64,000 nt of DNA from an uncultured Thermodesulfobacteriota bacterium (GCA_964348095.1 CAYGBK010000129.1:11404-75403); one strand, 5' to 3'. Positions 19,385 to 29,236 are shown, numbered from the stretch's first letter. Notes: generated by a model from the letters alone, not told the origin. Translations and numbers: made by a program.

Positions 19385-19570
19385 ATGGCAAAAGACATAT
19401 CGGGCAAAGTCATTCTGACAAAGGAGGAGATCGCCCATATCTATGGAGGAGGTACACTCTCTGTCAAAATCAAGGGGGAAGAGGCCGACGCATCTGTCGA
19501 GATCTCCTGCGTGGATGCTCTCCCCACAAAAGGAACCCGGATTCGATTCAAACAGGTCGACGGGGAGTGA
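19385..19570 (+). CDS. small hypothetical protein (61 aa)
   Basis: RBS GAGGTGA 3-4 nt before the ATG. No recognisable domain. Confidence 0.3.
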   Translation: MAKDISGKVILTKEEIAHIYGGGTLSVKIKGEEADASVEISCVDALPTKGTRIRFKQVDGE

Positions 19571-20008
19571 AACGGGTCGACTCTCCTGATTCCTTACCAC
19601 AGGTTACATGTGGAGAAAAGGCTCATCTCCGTGCCTCTTCATCCGGCGACGTCGGATTTCTTTCCATAACCACAGGCGTAAAGCCGTTTTTCAAAGAAAA
19701 AAAATCGCCCTTCCGACCCGACAGTCCAAGAGCCCCCCTCTCCGGCTCGATCGCCTGAATTCGAGAATAGCTGTGCAGTAAACTCTTCTGATGGGATCGC
19801 CCTGGGGTTGATTTCGACGGTAGGTCCTCTCCCTGCAGGGCCCGAATGTCCCGATGTCCGGTAGGAGGATACTGGCTTGACGAAATCCGACAAAAAGGTC
19901 ATCGGCAACAAACCAGAGAGATCCCCTTTCGTCCTTTCCGATTCCTTTGACTCAGAACTCTCGACGATGTAGAATAGTGTATCATGGTCCGGAAGGGGGT
20001 GATTATCC

Positions 20009-21019
20009 ATGACCAAAAATAGAACGTCAGGACGTGTTCGATATCCAGTGTTTATCATTCTTCTTGTCATCGCTCTAATCGTTGGCTTCTTTTTTCTTTT
20101 TCGATCGAGATACGAAAAGAGAATCGAGACGCAACGGGTCGAGCAAGAAGCCGTGAAACGTATCGAGGCGCTCACGGAAGGCCCAAAGGAACCTATCGAC
20201 CTGGAACAGGCAGACAGCTTTGTGAGCCCAGAGACGGCTCTGTCCAAGAAAGACCGACAGACCATCACCACGACGCCGAAGGCTCTTCTTGAGGATCAGA
20301 CCATCGGAGCGGAATCGGAAATCAAGGTGCTCGTGGAGGAAGAGAAAACGATCATCACCACACCTCGTGAACTCATGAAGAACCGCACGATTCATCCTGA
20401 TGCTCCCCTTCGCATCATCAGAGAAGACGGAAAGGTTGAGGAGACTACCACTCGGGAGCTTTTGGCTGATCAGTCGATAACACCAGATACGCCGATCAAG
20501 ATCATCCTGACGGAAGAGAAGGTGGTTGTCACGACTCCATCTGAACTCCAGAAGACCGTTTCAAGTCTAGAGACTCCTGTGAAGGTCGTCGTGGAGAAGC
20601 CGAGCGAAATCGTTACGGTAGGTCAACTTCTTCCAGGCGAGGAGACCACTGAAGGAGACACATTTTACATCCACGCTGTAACCAGGCAGGATGTTCAGGG
20701 AATATGGGGGATCATTCAGCATGGCCTTATGGACCAGTTTCTTAAGGGAATTCCCGTCAGTGGTGAGGATCCCTCGGAGAAGCAAATCCTGACCCTTGAG
20801 ATACCGGAGCTCGCCGATGAACCCGGTCCAGATGGGTACAGCTCCTATCTCGGAAAGGTTTTGGCTGAAAAGACAGGGGAATCGTATGTCTACAACCATA
20901 CCAGTGGCCGCATGGGCAAAAACCCGGACTATATCGCGCCAGGCCAAGAGCTTGTGATCAGCAGGTTTTCAAGGGAGGAATTGGTGGAGATTTACAAGCA
21001 CTATCGTCTGAGCCGCTGA
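20009..21019 (+). CDS. membrane-anchored repeat protein with a LysM-like C-terminal region
   Basis: N-terminal TM helix. Four ~29-aa repeats (TTTP[KR]EL..DQ.I.PD.P.KI). C-terminal GDTFYIHAV...NPDYIAPGQELVI resembles a split LysM. Confidence 0.5.
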   Translation: MTKNRTSGRVRYPVFIILLVIALIVGFFFLFRSRYEKRIETQRVEQEAVKRIEALTEGPKEPIDLEQADSFVSPETALSKKDRQTITTTPKALLEDQTIGAESEIKVLVEEEKTIITTPRELMKNRTIHPDAPLRIIREDGKVEETTTRELLADQSITPDTPIKIILTEEKVVVTTPSELQKTVSSLETPVKVVVEKPSEIVTVGQLLPGEETTEGDTFYIHAVTRQDVQGIWGIIQHGLMDQFLKGIPVSGEDPSEKQILTLEIPELADEPGPDGYSSYLGKVLAEKTGESYVYNHTSGRMGKNPDYIAPGQELVISRFSREELVEIYKHYRLSR

Positions 21020-21054
21020 TTCCATCTCTATTCCCAAGACCACGGGGGGGCCGA

Positions 21055-22986
21055 ATGAGGCTGAGCCGCAGTCTTTTTCTCTCTCTTTTGGTTGTCTCTC
21101 TTTGGTTCTCCTCCGGCCTGAATGGAGAGGAGAAGGCGAGTTTTTATGTCAACCTCGGCCTCAGCTATTACAAAATGGGAGAGTTCGAGAAGGCTGCGGA
21201 AAAATTCCGTAAAGCACTGGACCTCGATCCAAATTTCCCAGAGCTTGATAGCCTTCTGGGGTCAGCGCTTCTTCAAAAGGGAGAGATCGACGAGGCTATC
21301 AACGCTTATGAAAGGCAGCTCATCCATACACCCGATGTTGCTCGCTTCCATTTCAACCTTGGTCTGGCCTACCAGAGAAAAGGCCTTCACAATAAATCAA
21401 TCACCCATTTCGAAAAAGCGGCTGAGTTGGATGACCGTCTCGTCGAGACCCACCGGGCCTTGGGGCTCATCTACATGGAAAAGGGGGACCTGCCTCGTGC
21501 TATTTCCGAGTTCAGCCAGGTCATCTCCCTCGATCCCTCTTCCTGGGAAGACCATTACAACCTTGGCGTTGCTCTTTATCATCAGAAGAAATATGAAGAC
21601 GCCGCCCTCTCCTATCAGCGGGCCCTTGGGTTGAATCCAGAGGCAACTGATCTCCACATCGCCTTGGGAAAAGCTTATGTCATGCTCAAAAAGGATGATC
21701 TTGCCTTAGAACATTACAGATCGGCTCTTGATGCCAAGCCACTGGATCCGGAGGTTCACTATGATCTCGGCCTCCTGTACCACTCCCGAGGAGAGAAGAA
21801 CATGGCCATGGCTGAATTCAGGATGGTGGTGAGGCAGGATCCAAACAATCTCAACGCCAAAACAAAGCTCGCTGATATATTGGTCGAGGTCGGGCAATTG
21901 GAGGCTGCCATCGAGACTTATCGAGACGTGCTAAAAGTCCAGCCTCGGGCCGTCGACGCACAAGTGGGTGCCGGCGTTGCCCTGACAGAGAAAGGCGACT
22001 ACACTGCCGCCCTGGATCACCTCATGGCGGCGAAATCCTTGGATCCTAAGCGGGCGGACACCCGATTCCATCTGGCACTCTGTTATGACCTGATGGGAGA
22101 CTCCGGTAAGGCCGCTTCGGAATATGAAGAAGTTATCAAGCTCGACCCGAACAATCCAGAGGCCCACTTCAACCTTGGGATCATTCATGAGAGCCGCGGG
22201 CAAAAAGCAATGGCTGAGAATTCCTATCTGAGAGCCGTCGGTGCCAAGCCTGATTTCGCCGAAGCCCACAACAATCTCGGAAACCTTTACAGCGAAAAAG
22301 GTCAGATTCAGGATGCCCTCCGCTCTTACGAGCAGGCTGTCGAACTAAAAGCTGATTTTGTGCAGGCCTTGAACAATATGGCGGTGATCTACCAGCGCAT
22401 GGAGTCCTATGACAAAGCGCTGGAGCTTTTCAAAAGAGTTGTCGAGCTAGACCCCGGTTTTTTGAGGGGATATCACAACATGGCGATTGTTTTGCAAGCA
22501 TTGAAACGGAATTCCGAAGCCGCTGATGCTTACAGGAAGGCTCTCGAAGTCGATCCCAATCATAGCGAGACCTACCAGGGCCTGGGTATGCTTCTGCAAA
22601 GTGAGGGGGAAATCGAGGAGGCAACAGATATCTATCGTAGAGCGGTTAAGGTCAACCCCAACGACGTGCGTGCACGATTCAAACTCGCCGAAGTCCTCAC
22701 GTCTCAGAATCGAGATGAGGAATCCATCCGGGAATACGAGGCCATTCTTGCCATAGATCCCAAGAATGTCGAAACCTTGAACAATCTCGGTGTTCTTCAT
22801 TTCAGGAAGAAATCCTATGACGACGCACTTCGGTACCTGCTGAGGGCTGTGGACATCGATCCCAGTCGTGACTATACGCACAACAACCTCGGCATGGTTT
22901 ACGCCGAAATGGGAATGCACGAAAAGGCCAGGAGTGAATATGAGAAGGCGATCGCCGTCTCCGGGGAGAGTTCGGTAGCTCGGTAG
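21055..22986 (+). CDS. secreted TPR-repeat protein (about 17 TPR units)
   Basis: Signal peptide MRLSRSLFLSLLVVSLWFSSGLNG, then continuous 34-aa TPR repeats. Confidence 0.8.
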   Translation: MRLSRSLFLSLLVVSLWFSSGLNGEEKASFYVNLGLSYYKMGEFEKAAEKFRKALDLDPNFPELDSLLGSALLQKGEIDEAINAYERQLIHTPDVARFHFNLGLAYQRKGLHNKSITHFEKAAELDDRLVETHRALGLIYMEKGDLPRAISEFSQVISLDPSSWEDHYNLGVALYHQKKYEDAALSYQRALGLNPEATDLHIALGKAYVMLKKDDLALEHYRSALDAKPLDPEVHYDLGLLYHSRGEKNMAMAEFRMVVRQDPNNLNAKTKLADILVEVGQLEAAIETYRDVLKVQPRAVDAQVGAGVALTEKGDYTAALDHLMAAKSLDPKRADTRFHLALCYDLMGDSGKAASEYEEVIKLDPNNPEAHFNLGIIHESRGQKAMAENSYLRAVGAKPDFAEAHNNLGNLYSEKGQIQDALRSYEQAVELKADFVQALNNMAVIYQRMESYDKALELFKRVVELDPGFLRGYHNMAIVLQALKRNSEAADAYRKALEVDPNHSETYQGLGMLLQSEGEIEEATDIYRRAVKVNPNDVRARFKLAEVLTSQNRDEESIREYEAILAIDPKNVETLNNLGVLHFRKKSYDDALRYLLRAVDIDPSRDYTHNNLGMVYAEMGMHEKARSEYEKAIAVSGESSVAR

Positions 22987-23004
22987 CGTCGATCTGGAGG
23001 ATTC

Positions 23005-24384
23005 GTGAAAAGAAGGAAACGAATCAAGTTTATACTCTTCTCTTTCCTCATTCACCTTGGGATTCTGAGGGGGATCGATGTATTCCTCATCCCCGTCCCG
23101 GGCCCCCCGGAGGAGCCTGCGGTCATTCCGGTAGAGACGATCTTTCTTGAAGAAGAGGAAGGGAAAAAGGGGCATTTGGGTGAGTTGCCCCCCCTAACAA
23201 GCGGAACACCGAAAGGCGCATTAATTGCGAAATCTCTTAAGGCAGTGGGTACCCCCGGGCCCAACCCGCTTGAAGACCTCCCGGGGCCCGTTCCAAAGCA
23301 AGGCGCCTTTAATCCGAGCCAAAATGTGGAGGAAATCCCCACCCCTGGTGTTCTCCCACCAGGAGAGAAAGGAAAAGAGGTCGAGAGCAGGAGAATCGTA
23401 TCCCCGTCCATGAATCCGCTGCCGCAGCTTCCAGCAATACCGCCCGTCGTATCGGATCAACCCCCTGTGCTCCAAGCAGAAAAACCCAAAGTCCTGACTC
23501 AGGCCGAGGAAGGGGGCATTCCAACATATTCAATGACACTGGAAAAAACACGGGCTCCCCTGGGAAGAAGCCGGAAACATCCCGAGTTTATCTCAGACCT
23601 TGCCCCCATTCCTACTGTAGAATCGCCTGTCCTTCCCGAAGAATCCGAAATGGTTTTGGCCCGCCAGGGAGGTCCTGAACCTGACACGAGTACCCTACCC
23701 TCTCTGACGTTCTCGGAGGTTTCGAAACAAGCTCGTCACAGTGTTGGGGAGAGGCGATCTTACAAACCTTTCACAGAAAAGATGACTGCTTTCGAACCCC
23801 TTTTGGGATTGGTTGAGCGGCAGGGACCGCTCATGGGGATTGAAGAGGGTTTTTCACTGGTTCTCGTCATCGATACGAGCGGTTCGGTGAAAGGTCCGCC
23901 CCTTGAAGGTATCAAGAAGTCGGCCACGGAGTTCGTGAGCCTTCTTCGCGATGTGGATCGGTGTGCTGTCATGACGTTCAACGACGAAACAAACCCGGTC
24001 CGTCAATTCACTTCAAACAAAAATCGGTTGAAGCGAGAGATCTCAAAGCTCGAGGTTGAGGGCAGAAACACCGTGCTCTTTGATGCCTTGAACGAGGCGT
24101 TTCTTCTTCTGGAGAGGGAAGGAGACAAACGGCGGTTTGTGGTGCTTTTCTCTGATGGAAAAGATGAGGGAAGCAGCTCAACCCTTGATGACGTGATTGA
24201 CAGGGCTCGAAAATTCAACGTATCCGTGTTTTCCGTGGGGTATTCCCGGATCGAAAAAAACTACCTTCAAAACCTGGAGAGCATATCCCTCGAGACAGGG
24301 GGGATCTTCACTGAAGCGCCTCAATTCCGAGAACTCGTTGAGCTCTTTCGGACTGCCAGAAAGCCGAAGAAGAAAAAGGGTTAA
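23005..24384 (+). CDS. von Willebrand factor A (VWA) domain protein with N-terminal TM anchor and Pro-rich linker (BatA/BatB-like)
   Basis: MIDAS motif DTSGSV, plus ...FSDG... and VGYS. Long P-rich spacer. Confidence 0.8.
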   Translation: MKRRKRIKFILFSFLIHLGILRGIDVFLIPVPGPPEEPAVIPVETIFLEEEEGKKGHLGELPPLTSGTPKGALIAKSLKAVGTPGPNPLEDLPGPVPKQGAFNPSQNVEEIPTPGVLPPGEKGKEVESRRIVSPSMNPLPQLPAIPPVVSDQPPVLQAEKPKVLTQAEEGGIPTYSMTLEKTRAPLGRSRKHPEFISDLAPIPTVESPVLPEESEMVLARQGGPEPDTSTLPSLTFSEVSKQARHSVGERRSYKPFTEKMTAFEPLLGLVERQGPLMGIEEGFSLVLVIDTSGSVKGPPLEGIKKSATEFVSLLRDVDRCAVMTFNDETNPVRQFTSNKNRLKREISKLEVEGRNTVLFDALNEAFLLLEREGDKRRFVVLFSDGKDEGSSSTLDDVIDRARKFNVSVFSVGYSRIEKNYLQNLESISLETGGIFTEAPQFRELVELFRTARKPKKKKG

Positions 24385-25074
24385 CCCTCTCCACCGGTGC
24401 CGATTCTGCAAGATACAGCGGATTGACATCCCTCACGACGGCTCTTACCACTGAAATAAACACTCTTCTAATCATTTCCTCGAACCGTTTTATTCTGAGA
24501 TAAATGAATGACCTCACCAGGACTATGGGGCTGACAAAACGTCGTGGAGAATCGGAACTTGAGGTCCCATTCGCCAATGGAGTGACATCGATAAAACCGA
24601 CCTGGTAATATAACCCGCAAAGCTGGCGTTGATAGATGGAAAAGACTGCCGATGGATGGCGAACGGCACCCACGAGTTGGTTCAGACGTCCCTCTCAAAA
24701 AGGAACGGTTACAATTAAGAAACACGGCAGGAGTTTGCTCAGTTTTCTGGACGCTCTTGTCCCGGAGGGACATTTGCATAACACAATAGAGTCGCCCCTG
24801 TCCGGGCCGTTTCGAAATCCCCTTACAACGCTCTGGTCAGGGCTTTGCAGGAGTAATTTACGAGAAAGTGGGAAGGGAAGCTCTGAACCAAGAATCGTTG
24901 CTCGTGGTCCGTCGTCCGTGGTTCGTGGTAAAAAAAACTAGGATTTACCCATCCACGGGAGTCAAGTAACGGGCCGAGAGCATTTCATTTTCAATCGAAC
25001 GACGTGAATTGATAATTACAACTGACCACTGACAACCGACAACTGACACCACCAGGAAAAGATCTCAGAGCAAC

Positions 25075-25091
25075 GAGGAGCGCTCCTTTTT
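25075..25091 (+). terminator. weak intrinsic-terminator-like palindrome AGGAGCGCTCCT followed by TTTTT
   Basis: Read directly. Short stem, hence low confidence. Confidence 0.25.
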
Positions 25092-25152
25092 CGCTTTCAT
25101 CAGACGAAAAAAGCGAGAAAAAGAATTCGGACAACAGGCCGGTCCCACGGCC

Positions 25153-25437
25153 CTATTTAGCCCTTTTCAGGGGTATGACCCTCGCTTTTGGGCTATCTTG
25201 CCGCCTTTTCCCGATCCTATCTATGCGATGTGGAACTCCCTGAAATGTCCATGTCTGGCCCAGAAAGAGGTGAACATCTTCGAGAATCCATTCGAGCTGC
25301 CCGAATGGAGATCGAAGGGTCAGGCGATACCACCCCTTCTTGACATCGGGCGTGATTGCTCCTACTTGTGCGTAGAAGGCAGGTTTCTCCCGGATAGAGA
25401 TCAGAATGACATCAGATGGTTGAAGATTCTTTTTCAT
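25153..25437 (-). CDS. hypothetical small protein (about 95 aa from MKKNLQPSDVILI...)
   Basis: ORF on the track at 25153..25518. Overlaps the M48 gene 3' end. No domain recognised. May be a frame shadow. Confidence 0.2.
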   Translation of the reverse strand: MKKNLQPSDVILISIREKPAFYAQVGAITPDVKKGWYRLTLRSPFGQLEWILEDVHLFLGQTWTFQGVPHRIDRIGKRRQDSPKARVIPLKRAK

Positions 25438-26704
25438 GAAATGTCCTGAAACCGTCCAACCGGCTGAGCCTTTCGAGTCGTTCCACAACTGGTGGATGGG
25501 AATAATAGAACCATGCATAAAGAGGATGAGGATTCAGATTTGCTAGATTGTCCAGTGCAAGCTTCTTGAGCGCGCGAACGAGTGAATCGGTTTCTCCCAT
25601 GAGTTCAAGAGCCATATCGTCAGCCTGCCGTTCAAGCCGCCTGGAGAGGGCGGACTCGACGGGTCGGGAGAAATATCCCCCCACGCTCATCAGTATGCCG
25701 ACAAGAAACAGTCCAACAAAAGCGGTTGGCCCCTCAAAACCGAAGGTCTGGTAAAGGAGGGGCCACCCAAGTAGCTGGGCCACCACAAACAACCCCGCCA
25801 TGGAGATTATCTCAACAACGACAAGCTGCTTGATCAGGTGTCGTCTTTTCCAATGTCCGACCTCGTGAGAGAGGATGGCCAGTATTTCCGCTTCGTCATG
25901 AGATTCGAGAAGTGTATCGAACAAGACAATTCTTTTGGTTTTTCCTAGACCTGTAAAGTAGGCGTTTGTATGGCGGGTCCTTTTTCCGGCATCCATCTGG
26001 AAGACCCCCTTTACCCTGAGGCCGGCTTCCTCCATGAGCCGTCTTATGCGAAGCTCAAGAGTCTTCGCCTTGACCGGTTCGAACTTGTTAAACCATGGGG
26101 CAATCACCACCGGGTAAAGCCATATTATGAGTCCCTCAAGAATGGCCAGGACAATCCACGCCCAAATCCACCAGGTCTGCTGAAGGCTGTTGATTAGGAT
26201 AAGGAGAATTGAGAGGACAATCCCACCGAGGATTGCCGAGATCAGCGTACCCTTGAGAAGGTCGAGTGCCCACATCGTCAAATCTCGCGTATTGAAGCCG
26301 TAACGCTCTTCGATCACGAATGTCTCATATAGGCTGAAAGGAATCTGGAGTAAGTTGAAAATGGCCGCAAGGAGACCAAAAAAAACGAGTCCCCTGACAG
26401 TGGGGTTGGACGCCCACAAAGAGACACCGTCCACGAGTTCAGGGAGAAGACCCGAGAGGAGAAGAACAAGGATCATACACTGACTAAGGAGACTGTTTAT
26501 AAGTCCAAAATGTGCCAGATCAGCTGTGTAGGATGAGATTCTAGCCAGTTGTTCCTGACTAACAAAGCCGTGAAAAACCCCAGGGACCTCCCCACCATGC
26601 CTCCGCAGATGTTTGATATTTAATCTGTTGAGAGTCACCTGTAACAGCAGCCGGACTCCAAAAACAACGAGAAAGGCAATCAATAAGAAGTTGATCTGAA
26701 TCAT
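25412..26704 (-). CDS. M48-family zinc metallopeptidase (Ste24/HtpX-like)
   Basis: 430 aa, multi-TM. HEVGHWKRRH (HExxH) and a downstream E in a TM-rich context. Confidence 0.8.
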   Translation of the reverse strand: MIQINFLLIAFLVVFGVRLLLQVTLNRLNIKHLRRHGGEVPGVFHGFVSQEQLARISSYTADLAHFGLINSLLSQCMILVLLLSGLLPELVDGVSLWASNPTVRGLVFFGLLAAIFNLLQIPFSLYETFVIEERYGFNTRDLTMWALDLLKGTLISAILGGIVLSILLILINSLQQTWWIWAWIVLAILEGLIIWLYPVVIAPWFNKFEPVKAKTLELRIRRLMEEAGLRVKGVFQMDAGKRTRHTNAYFTGLGKTKRIVLFDTLLESHDEAEILAILSHEVGHWKRRHLIKQLVVVEIISMAGLFVVAQLLGWPLLYQTFGFEGPTAFVGLFLVGILMSVGGYFSRPVESALSRRLERQADDMALELMGETDSLVRALKKLALDNLANLNPHPLYAWFYYSHPPVVERLERLSRLDGFRTFHEKESSTI

Positions 26705-27417
26705 GCCGTCAAAACCGCTTTTCCCGCATGAAGCTCGAATTTCTGATGTCTCGGGTTCAATTCCTTAGGCACACCCAGGGTCGTTCCTCGTCACGGAATT
26801 CGGACAACCCTGATTTTCTGGAATTCCGAAGCTGACTTATTCTTACCCAATTCAGGGACAATTTCAATCGGCCTCGGGGTTTGTTGTCTCACAACAGGTC
26901 CCATCCCTCAAGGCCGTGCCCTCACACCTCTGAATGGGTATTCCTCTGTCTTGAATTCCATTTAGGCTTCCGCTAAGATAAGATGCAGATTCACGCACCT
27001 TGGAAAGGTATCCACGTTCATGTCCTTCTGTCTCTACCATACCAATCGAGAAGCCGTCGTTACCTGCGAAAAATGCTTGCCCACTGCTGTAAGGAGTGTT
27101 TTGAGAATAGTGAGGCCTGCACGGATCCATGTGGCTACTGCAAGATCAGAACCCAATGTATCATATTCGAGAGGTGCCTTAAGAGCGAAAAGGCAAAACG
27201 TCTCCGTGGCCTGTGAAAGGGTGTGGACGATGAAAACATAAGCTAACATAAATCCTACGATTTATAGTATAAGTTATTTGTTTTATTAAATTATTTTTTT
27301 CGCAATGAGAATGTGATGGTCGCGATGATTGGTGACCGAGGGGAGGCCTTTGGCAACCCTAATTAGGTCAATGGTCTCCTTGAAAGCGACTGCACGATTT
27401 GTTACCATGAGGACATC

Positions 27418-27855
27418 ATGACACATGAACACGAGGGCCGTTACAGGACAAAACGGGAGCTAAATACCCAGCTGGATTCACATGTGACAGATCGCATTTG
27501 GAAAAAAGTCGATAACGGACGTCTAACCTGTGCTTCCGCATTCGTCATTGCCCGAGAAGCGGGCAGGACCCCAGCTGAGGTCGGCCGACATGCTGATCTC
27601 CTGGAAACAAAAATCACGGCGTGTCAGCTCGGTCTCTTCGGGCACGTGAGAGAAAGGCGAAACATTGTCGAGCCCGCAGAAAAGGTCTCAAATGAACTCG
27701 AAGAGGCGCTTCGAGGAAAAATTGTCGATGGCCGGCTTCCCTGTCGGGAAGCATGGAAGATTGCAGAGCGATTTGGCGTATCAAAAATGCAGATTACCGC
27801 AGCCTGTGAGAGGTTGAAGATTCGATTCAGTGAATGCCAACTCGGAACCTTCTGA
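27418..27855 (+). CDS. hypothetical protein made of two tandem ~55-aa Cys-containing modules (each ...GRL.C..A..IA...G...(HTH-like)...I.ACQLG.F)
   Basis: Internal duplication read directly from the translation. Preceded by an AT-rich promoter-like region. Confidence 0.5.
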   Translation: MTHEHEGRYRTKRELNTQLDSHVTDRIWKKVDNGRLTCASAFVIAREAGRTPAEVGRHADLLETKITACQLGLFGHVRERRNIVEPAEKVSNELEEALRGKIVDGRLPCREAWKIAERFGVSKMQITAACERLKIRFSECQLGTF

Positions 27856-27873
27856 AGTTCCTCTTCCTGCACT

Positions 27874-28200
27874 GTGACACTCGGTTGGGATGAAAAAGAA
27901 ACAGGAACGCTTGACTATCGGAAAACCCCGGTATCTGTGAGATCGATGGCCGAACCCAAATGGAAACAGATTCTTGATCGGGTTTCAGAGGCAGAGCGAA
28001 ATGTTGCCAAAGAAATTCTCCGAAGGAATCTGGAGAAGAAAGGTCAGAATGTCCCTGAGGACGTTTTGCAAAACATGGCGGAGAAAGCCCTTGAAGATGC
28101 TCGAGCAATGATTCGGAAAAAGGGCAAACAGACTTTTCGGGGACTGAAAGTGGGCATCAAGGCCTTCTGGGACGAAATGAAAAAAGAGGCTAAAGACTAA
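27874..28200 (+). CDS. small basic hypothetical protein (start possibly at the internal MAEPKWKQIL)
   Basis: ORF lies directly downstream of the tandem-module gene with an 18-nt gap. Lys/Glu-rich with no domain. Confidence 0.35.
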   Translation: MTLGWDEKETGTLDYRKTPVSVRSMAEPKWKQILDRVSEAERNVAKEILRRNLEKKGQNVPEDVLQNMAEKALEDARAMIRKKGKQTFRGLKVGIKAFWDEMKKEAKD

Positions 28201-28213
28201 GGGGTGATCGACT

Positions 28214-29236
28214 TCATCGTGGGATCAGCCTCTCCTCTTTGACGCCGTTCCTGCCGACAATTTTCAAGAATCGGCTCCTCAAATTTCTGCAAACCTTCTC
28301 TTGTGTTTCAGCTTCTAGGCCTTTCGCGACAATCTGTCCCCCAGCGATCATTCCATGGCCCCCTGCCGTACCGAGCCCTCTCACAATGCGACGGGCCATC
28401 AGGCCTGCGTTCTGGTGGCGACGCTTAGTTCGAAGGGAGAAAACCACCCGACTGTTGAATGCCCCCATGACAAAGGTCCAACGAACCCCCGAAACCCGCA
28501 GGAGAAAGTCGGCCATGAGAGATACCATATCGGGACTGATCAGGTATCCCAAATCACAGAGAACGACATCACCGAAGACAACGGCCTCATGGAGGGCCTG
28601 ATCAAAGAGCGTGAAATAGTTTCGAGAGAGCTCCGGATATTCTATCTGCGGTAGAACCCGAAGTTGAACCTTTGGATATAGGCTGATCATGGCCTCATAG
28701 TCGGCCTCAGTTGCATCTCTTCCCAGATCCTGGGTGTCGGACTTGATCCCATAGTAGAGCGCTGTGGCCAGTTTCTGCTTGAGAGGGAGGCCTGCCTGAA
28801 TCAGGTATTCAGTCAGAATGGTTGAGCAGCTGCCGTATCGAGGCCTAATGTCGGCGAATTTGACCTTTTTGCTTGACTTTCTCAGGTTATGATGATCAAT
28901 CACAATCGCTGGCTCTATGGACGAGGGGAGCGTGTTGTTTCCTGCCCCTGGTTGTGTATCAACCAGGGCCACAACACTGAAATTGTGAACGTTGACCATT
29001 TCCATGGGCTGAATACGAATATTTAGTAGTCGAACCATTGCTCGGTTCTCGGCTCTCGTAATGATGCCGCCATATACAAAAACCGAACCGACCTTGAATT
29101 CTTCCTTCAAAAGATAGCCTAGCGCACAGCCGGAGGCGATAGCGTCTGGATCCGGATTGTTGTGGGTGAGGATTAAGACCTTTTTCTTCCTCTCCAGAAT
29201 CCGCCCCAATTTCACCAACCTATTTTTGATCATCAT
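28214..29236 (-). CDS. nrnA: DHH/DHHA1 phosphoesterase (NrnA-like oligoribonuclease/pAp phosphatase)
   Basis: DHH motifs (THNNPDPDAIAS, DHH) and the DHHA1 GGGH motif (GTAGGHGMIAGG). Confidence 0.8.
   Translation of the reverse strand: MMIKNRLVKLGRILERKKKVLILTHNNPDPDAIASGCALGYLLKEEFKVGSVFVYGGIITRAENRAMVRLLNIRIQPMEMVNVHNFSVVALVDTQPGAGNNTLPSSIEPAIVIDHHNLRKSSKKVKFADIRPRYGSCSTILTEYLIQAGLPLKQKLATALYYGIKSDTQDLGRDATEADYEAMISLYPKVQLRVLPQIEYPELSRNYFTLFDQALHEAVVFGDVVLCDLGYLISPDMVSLMADFLLRVSGVRWTFVMGAFNSRVVFSLRTKRRHQNAGLMARRIVRGLGTAGGHGMIAGGQIVAKGLEAETQEKVCRNLRSRFLKIVGRNGVKEERLIPR

Noticed and set aside
19639-20271. 210-aa minus-strand ORF overlapping the membrane repeat-protein gene
   Set aside because: It has low-complexity composition and overlaps a gene with clear TM and repeat architecture on the other strand. 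Likely spurious.
24527-24560. String GGGGCTGA..., identical to the universal tmRNA 5' end, inside the long gene-free spacer
   Set aside because: None of the other tmRNA features are present: no GGATTCGAC box, no tag-peptide ORF ending ...AA-stop, no T-arm (GGTTCGA..CC) and no matching 3' CAGCTCCACCA acceptor strand within 500 nt on either strand.
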